Shown here one piece after another: positions 46,366 to 51,359 of a stretch of DNA of 51,359 nt. The first letter of the stretch is position 1; each line of letters starts with the position of its first letter. The position numbers and the translations under genes are program-made. Origin of the DNA: Candidatus Heimdallarchaeota archaeon (GTDB lineage Archaea; Asgardarchaeota; Heimdallarchaeia; Heimdallarchaeales; Heimdallarchaeaceae); NCBI GenBank assembly GCA_019057375.1, contig DXJF01000040.1, positions 1 to 51,359 on the forward strand, in the 5' to 3' direction. Under the pieces are notes generated by a model. It searched no databases. It was not told where the DNA came from and saw nothing but the letters and a program-made list of their open reading frames with translations.

Positions 46366-49300
46366 ATGGCAGAAGAAGACTTAGGGGAGATATTCGATAA
46401 AATCGATGTAGGAGCAACTATAATTAAAAATGACAAGATTGAATTTGCAAATGATTATTTGTTACAAATCATAGGATATTCATTGAAAGAGATACAAGGA
46501 AAAAATTGTGTCTTTTTTGCAGCCAAAGAAGAAAAAAACAGATTGCAGAAAATTAAATCTGAAAATGATAAATTGAATACTTACGCAAAAGAAATCGATT
46601 TTTGGATTGTAACAAAGGATGGAACTAGAAAATACATACAAAATCGTTATTATCCAATTACAGAGGGAGAAAAATCAAACAAGTTTTTTATAATCACTAA
46701 TGACATAACAAGAGATAAACAAAGAGAAACTAAAGTTATGGCTTCTGAGTTCAAAAAATCAAAATTCTTAGATTATCTGACTGAACATATAATATTTTAC
46801 GATACAGATATGAAAATAATCTGGTCTAATAAAATAGCAAGTGATTTATTAGGGCAATCTCCAGAGGCTATTGTTGGAGAAGTATGTTATGAATTATGGT
46901 ATCAAAAAGATCAACCATGTGATAATTGCCCCGTTATTAAGGCTAGAGATTCAGGAGAGGAACATATCGCAGAAGTAATAACTCCTGATGATAAAACTTG
47001 GTTCGTTAGAGGATATCCTGTTTATGGAGATGATGGGAGTTTAATTGGCGTAGCAGAATTAGCTAGTGACATTACAGAGAGTATACAAACATCCAGAGAA
47101 CTTCAAGAAAGTGAAGAAAGATTTAAACAGATTTTTCATAATACAAACGATGGTATTTTTGTTAGTAGAAGAGGAGATGATGGGGTATTTGAAGAGATCA
47201 TCGAAACCAACATTATAGCTGCTGAAATGTATGGTTACACTCGAGACGAATTCATGAAGATGAGACCATCTGACTTCAATATTACAGGAGAAAAGGAAAG
47301 TTTTGAGTTTGTACAAGAGTTAACGGAGAAAAAAGAACTTACTTTTGAGAGAATGCATAAAACTAAAGATGGAAGGGTGATAATTGTGGAAATTAGTTCT
47401 CATTTATTCACTCTTGGCGATGACTTAGTTAGTTTAGCTGTAGTAAGAGATATCACCGAAAGGAAAGAAAAACAAGATGATTTGATAGAAAGTGAAGAAA
47501 AGTTTAGACAAATAGTCCAGAATGTAGATGAAGCTATATTCATGTCACCTCTAACATCTGACAATAGAATGGGGAATTTTATAGAAGTTAATCACATAGC
47601 ATGTGAATGGACTGGATTTTCAAGAGAAGAACTTCGTCAAATGACACCAGTTGATTTACATACCCCAGAAGAAACTGCTGGACAATCAGAAATCGGTAGA
47701 AATCTATTAGAAAAAAATAGAGTTACCTTCGAAGGGAACATAATTCACAAAGACGGGAGTAAGATCCCAGTTGAATATAACTCAAATGTCTTCTTAATGA
47801 ACAATGAAAGAGTTGTATTAACAACAGCTAGAGATTTAAGAGAAAGAAGAAAAGCAGAGGTGGAGCTAACAAGTAGTGAAGAAAGGTTTAGACAGATATT
47901 CCATAACACAAGTGATGCAATCTTCTTAACTTATCTAAGAGAAGATGGTTCTTCAAGTAAATATATTGAAGCAAATGATGTAGCATTAAGATGGTTAGGT
48001 TATTCTAAAGAAGAATTACTTGATAAGTTCTCTATTGATATTACAGCTCCTGAAGAGAAAGAGTACAATTCTGAATATACAAAGAAGATTGTAGACACAG
48101 GTCATTTGACTTTTGAAACCATTCTATTTTCTAAAGATAGTAAACGGATTCCAGTTGAAATTAACTCACACATCTTTGAATTGCAATCTCAAAAAGTAAT
48201 ACTATCAATAGCAAGGGATATTACTGAGAGGAAAAAAGCCCAAAGAGATTTAATGGAAAGTGAGGAAAAGTACAGAAAATTAGTTGAAACAATTCCCGCT
48301 GCAATTATACGTTCAGATTCATCTGGTAAAGTGACTTTTGCCAATAAAAGAGCAGCTACTCTTCATGGTTATGAGAATGAAGATCAATTACTTGGAAAGA
48401 ATACTAATGAACTAATTGCCTATGAGGATACTTTTACAGCTCAAGATGTTCAAAGAAGAACCATAGAAGATGGATTCATTCATGACATTGAAGTTTCAAT
48501 TTTAAGAAAAGACGAAACAATCATCCCAGGAGTGTTTCATGCAGCAGCTATAAAAGATAAAGAAGGAAGCGTTTTAGGTTTTATAGGTGTTGAAATTGAT
48601 ATTACTGGAAGGAAAAAGGCAGAAGAAGCACTTAAAGAAAGTGAACAAAAATTTAGACAAATATTCCAAAACGCAAAAGATGCAATTTTCATTCACAAAA
48701 TAAATGAATATGACGAAATTGGGGATATGTTGGAAGTAAATGAAACAGCATGTCAGTGGTTAGGGGACACTCGAGAAGAGCTTCTAGAATATGCAGTTGA
48801 AGCAAATAGTAATTTTGGCAATCTTAAATTTTCAATGGAAATTACTGAAGATCTATTCGCCGCAGGAACAAAAACTTTCGAAACGCAGATAGAAAATAAC
48901 AAAGGAGAATTACGACCAGTAGAGTTCAGTTCCCATCTTTTTACTTTGAGAAATCAACAAGTATTGCTTTCTGTAGCTAGAGATATAACTGAAAGAAAGA
49001 AAGCTGAACTTTCTATTAGGAAAAGTGAGGAGAGATATAGAACTCTTATAGAAACTTCCCCAGATGCTATTATTCTGATTGATCTAGATGGACGAGTTTC
49101 TTTTGCCAATCAACAGACTGCAAATATGTATGAATATGATGACATAGAGGATATGATTGGTTTGACAACTGTTGATTTTATTGCTAGAGAGAATCTAGAA
49201 TTTGCAAATAACCAACTAAAACTAGTCTTAACTGAAGGAAGATTGCAAAATACTCAACTTATGTCATTAAAGAGAGATGGAAGCAAATTTCCAATAGAAC

Positions 49301-50826
49301 TAAGTGCTTCTCTAACTACAGATGAGGAAGGAAAACCTTCAGAGATAATGGCTGTTATTGGCGATATTGAAGAAAGAATGATCGCTGAATCAGCTCTTAA
49401 AGAAAGTGAAGAAAAATTCAGACAAACTTTTGATCAATCAAATGATGGTATATTCCTACATGATTTAAGGGGAAACATTCTAGATGTCAACCTACGGGTT
49501 AAAGAAATCTTCGGTTATTCGAAATCAGAATTCCTTCAGTTAACTATAATGCAGTTGCTCCCTATTACAGAACAAGAAACATCTAAAAATGCATTTGACA
49601 CAGTAGAGGAAAAAGGGTCTGTTAATTTTGAAACCAAATTCAGAAGAAAAGACGGTTCTGTCTTCCCTGCAGATGTATCTTCAAGTAAGTTTGAAATTGG
49701 AGGTATACAGGTTGTTCAGGGAATTGTTAGAGATATAACTGATCGTAAGAAAGCTGAAAAAGAACTTATAGAAAGAGAAGAACAATATAGACAAATTTTC
49801 AATAATACAAATGATGCCATTTTCTTGACAAATGTCGATGAAGAAATTAATAGTACCAGTCCGTTCATAGAGGTTAATGACGTAGCTTGCACACTATTGG
49901 GATATGAAAGGGATGAACTTCTAAAAATGAAATCTTCTGAGATTACAGCTCCTGAAGATAGAGATGTACTTTCTGAAAACATTCATCAGATTATAAAGGA
50001 AAGAGTGACAACTTTCGAAAATACGCTAATATCAAAGGATGGAAAAAGAATTCCTACTGAAATCAGTTCTCATGTTTTTGAACTACGAGGTGAAATGTGT
50101 GTTCTATCTGTATCTAGAGATATTACTGAGCGAAAAGATGCAGAGAGAGAATTAATGGAAAGTGAGGAAAGATATCGTAAGCTCTTCCATGAGGCAAATG
50201 ATATTATTGCAATTCTGAGTATACCTCGAAATGGTTCTATCGGCAATATTCTTGAAGCAAATGATCCGGCATTAGTAATGACTAAATATACAAGGGAGGA
50301 TTTAGTTGGCTTGAGTCTTGTAGACCTTGTTAAAGATTTAACTGAGGAAGAGATAACTGATTATTTCACTGAAATGATGGAAAAATATATTATTAGATTT
50401 GAACGAGAATTTATTCGAAAAGATGGAACAACCTTCCCTGTTGAAATCACTGCAACACCCTTTACTCTTAAAGAGGAATTAACAATATTGGTAACAGCAA
50501 GAGATATTACTGATAGAAAACGTGATAGGGAGCTACGAAGGCAAGCTTATGACCAAATTGCTCAAAATATTGAAGATTTCGCTGAACTAGTTGATAGAAT
50601 TAGAAATCCTCTAATGGGTGTAATAGGTTATACTGAACTTTCTGGAACCATGCATTCAACAATTATAATTGAGGAAGCAAGGAAAATAGAAGAGATTACT
50701 CAGAAAATTTCAGATAGTTATCTAGAAACTGAAAAAGTAAGAAAGATTCTTAGATTTGAGATTGATTCAAAAGAAAAGAATGAAGTTGTTTCAGAGTCAG
50801 TTGAAGAAGGGGAAACAAAAGAGTAA
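46366..50826 (+). CDS. Multi-PAS (11 PAS/PAC) sensory protein with degenerate HisKA-like tail and no HATPase
   Basis: Eleven repeats ending in DIT/DLR/DIE with ESEE linkers; tail VDRIRNPL; ATG 46366 preferred over TTG 46318. Confidence 0.9.
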   Translation: MAEEDLGEIFDKIDVGATIIKNDKIEFANDYLLQIIGYSLKEIQGKNCVFFAAKEEKNRLQKIKSENDKLNTYAKEIDFWIVTKDGTRKYIQNRYYPITEGEKSNKFFIITNDITRDKQRETKVMASEFKKSKFLDYLTEHIIFYDTDMKIIWSNKIASDLLGQSPEAIVGEVCYELWYQKDQPCDNCPVIKARDSGEEHIAEVITPDDKTWFVRGYPVYGDDGSLIGVAELASDITESIQTSRELQESEERFKQIFHNTNDGIFVSRRGDDGVFEEIIETNIIAAEMYGYTRDEFMKMRPSDFNITGEKESFEFVQELTEKKELTFERMHKTKDGRVIIVEISSHLFTLGDDLVSLAVVRDITERKEKQDDLIESEEKFRQIVQNVDEAIFMSPLTSDNRMGNFIEVNHIACEWTGFSREELRQMTPVDLHTPEETAGQSEIGRNLLEKNRVTFEGNIIHKDGSKIPVEYNSNVFLMNNERVVLTTARDLRERRKAEVELTSSEERFRQIFHNTSDAIFLTYLREDGSSSKYIEANDVALRWLGYSKEELLDKFSIDITAPEEKEYNSEYTKKIVDTGHLTFETILFSKDSKRIPVEINSHIFELQSQKVILSIARDITERKKAQRDLMESEEKYRKLVETIPAAIIRSDSSGKVTFANKRAATLHGYENEDQLLGKNTNELIAYEDTFTAQDVQRRTIEDGFIHDIEVSILRKDETIIPGVFHAAAIKDKEGSVLGFIGVEIDITGRKKAEEALKESEQKFRQIFQNAKDAIFIHKINEYDEIGDMLEVNETACQWLGDTREELLEYAVEANSNFGNLKFSMEITEDLFAAGTKTFETQIENNKGELRPVEFSSHLFTLRNQQVLLSVARDITERKKAELSIRKSEERYRTLIETSPDAIILIDLDGRVSFANQQTANMYEYDDIEDMIGLTTVDFIARENLEFANNQLKLVLTEGRLQNTQLMSLKRDGSKFPIELSASLTTDEEGKPSEIMAVIGDIEERMIAESALKESEEKFRQTFDQSNDGIFLHDLRGNILDVNLRVKEIFGYSKSEFLQLTIMQLLPITEQETSKNAFDTVEEKGSVNFETKFRRKDGSVFPADVSSSKFEIGGIQVVQGIVRDITDRKKAEKELIEREEQYRQIFNNTNDAIFLTNVDEEINSTSPFIEVNDVACTLLGYERDELLKMKSSEITAPEDRDVLSENIHQIIKERVTTFENTLISKDGKRIPTEISSHVFELRGEMCVLSVSRDITERKDAERELMESEERYRKLFHEANDIIAILSIPRNGSIGNILEANDPALVMTKYTREDLVGLSLVDLVKDLTEEEITDYFTEMMEKYIIRFEREFIRKDGTTFPVEITATPFTLKEELTILVTARDITDRKRDRELRRQAYDQIAQNIEDFAELVDRIRNPLMGVIGYTELSGTMHSTIIIEEARKIEEITQKISDSYLETEKVRKILRFEIDSKEKNEVVSESVEEGETKE

Positions 50827-50893
50827 TGCCAATATCATTCTATCCTAACTAACCTCCCAACAATTTATATATTACTCGAGAATATTTCTGAGT

Positions 50894-51359
50894 ATGAGTT
50901 TTCTCAAGAAATTCAAGCATGTATTTCACATAACAATTTGGGAAGCACTTATTGCAGTCGCTGTAATTATTACTTACTTTATATTAGCAAAAGCTGTATT
51001 TCATGGACATCCACCTTTATGGATTACAATTCTAGGTTTTGTTGTGGGAACATGGTTGGCATTTAGACCTTCAGAATGGGCAGTTTCGGGATTAAACAGT
51101 GGAGCAAAATATGTAGGTTTGTCAGAATATGTGGCAGGTGTACTATCAAGCATTGCTTCAAACTTACCAGAAGCTGTAATTGCAATTTTATTGATTACTT
51201 CAAAAGAAGGAGTCAAGGCTACAAACCAACTTATGGCAGTGGTGACAGTATTATCGGCAGCAGGTTTCAATACAATTATTCTTGGAATTGCCATCTTAAT
51301 TGCTACTTTAAAAAAGAGAGGTAGTATAGATGTTCCTGATGATCTTAAAAAAAGAGAAT
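50894..51359 (+). CDS. Ca2+/cation antiporter (CaCA/Na_Ca_ex family), 3'-truncated by window edge
   Basis: Manual translation MSFLKKFKH..GLSEYVAGVLSSIASNLPEAVIAI..SAAGFNTIILG (alpha-1 repeat); open to the window end. Confidence 0.82.
   Translation, partial: MSFLKKFKHVFHITIWEALIAVAVIITYFILAKAVFHGHPPLWITILGFVVGTWLAFRPSEWAVSGLNSGAKYVGLSEYVAGVLSSIASNLPEAVIAILLITSKEGVKATNQLMAVVTVLSAAGFNTIILGIAILIATLKKRGSIDVPDDLKKRE

Noticed and set aside
1044-49982. Numerous short ORF-track entries antisense or out of frame within real genes (e.g. 1044..1250, 4349..4618, 9488..9733, 11336..11932, 17192..17647, 22201..22389, 25799..26107, 44640..44957, 51001..51294)
   Set aside because: Shadow ORFs overlapping well-supported genes, with no motifs or RBS
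1-51359. Genome-wide reassignment of TAA to Gln
   Set aside because: TAA terminates many clearly complete genes here (4320, Alba 4387, 6249, 12398, glnS 14919), so at most conditional or low-level readthrough is tenable

Overview
Low-GC archaeal chromosomal window (Alba, NucS, RIO kinase, A24 prepilin peptidase, tRNA-Gln genes with A1-U72, GGTGA/GGAGG ribosome-binding sites). An Asgard-type lineage is plausible but is only an inference. Ordinary content includes a Zn/Mn ABC importer, SDRs, a DAG kinase, a heterodimeric ABC exporter and a sugar ABC importer. Four regions stand out. (1) 12.9-16.9 kb: a glutamine translation cassette with a bacterial-type GlnRS carrying an archaeal GluRS-like N-terminal domain, co-oriented with tRNA-Gln(CUG), tRNA-Gln(UUG) and a third Gln-like tRNA whose aberrant anticodon arm can present UUA, next to an SDR gene broken by one in-frame TAA. 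(2) 18.3-22.5 kb: an accessory island with a 735-aa stand-alone TnpB-family nuclease, a structured omega-RNA-like 3' element, zinc-ribbon microproteins and an AT-hook-like protein with an inverted-repeat operator. (3) 25.3-32.7 kb: a cobalamin cluster with a split methionine synthase lacking the pterin module, a non-pyrrolysine MttB, and a B12-binding protein plus opine dehydrogenase operon preceded by a uORF and an anti-SD hairpin. (4) Unusual fusions: an FN3-MalF-MalG permease and an 11-PAS protein with a His-less HisKA tail. No CRISPR array or rRNA was seen. All family assignments come from motif recognition by eye, not database searches.
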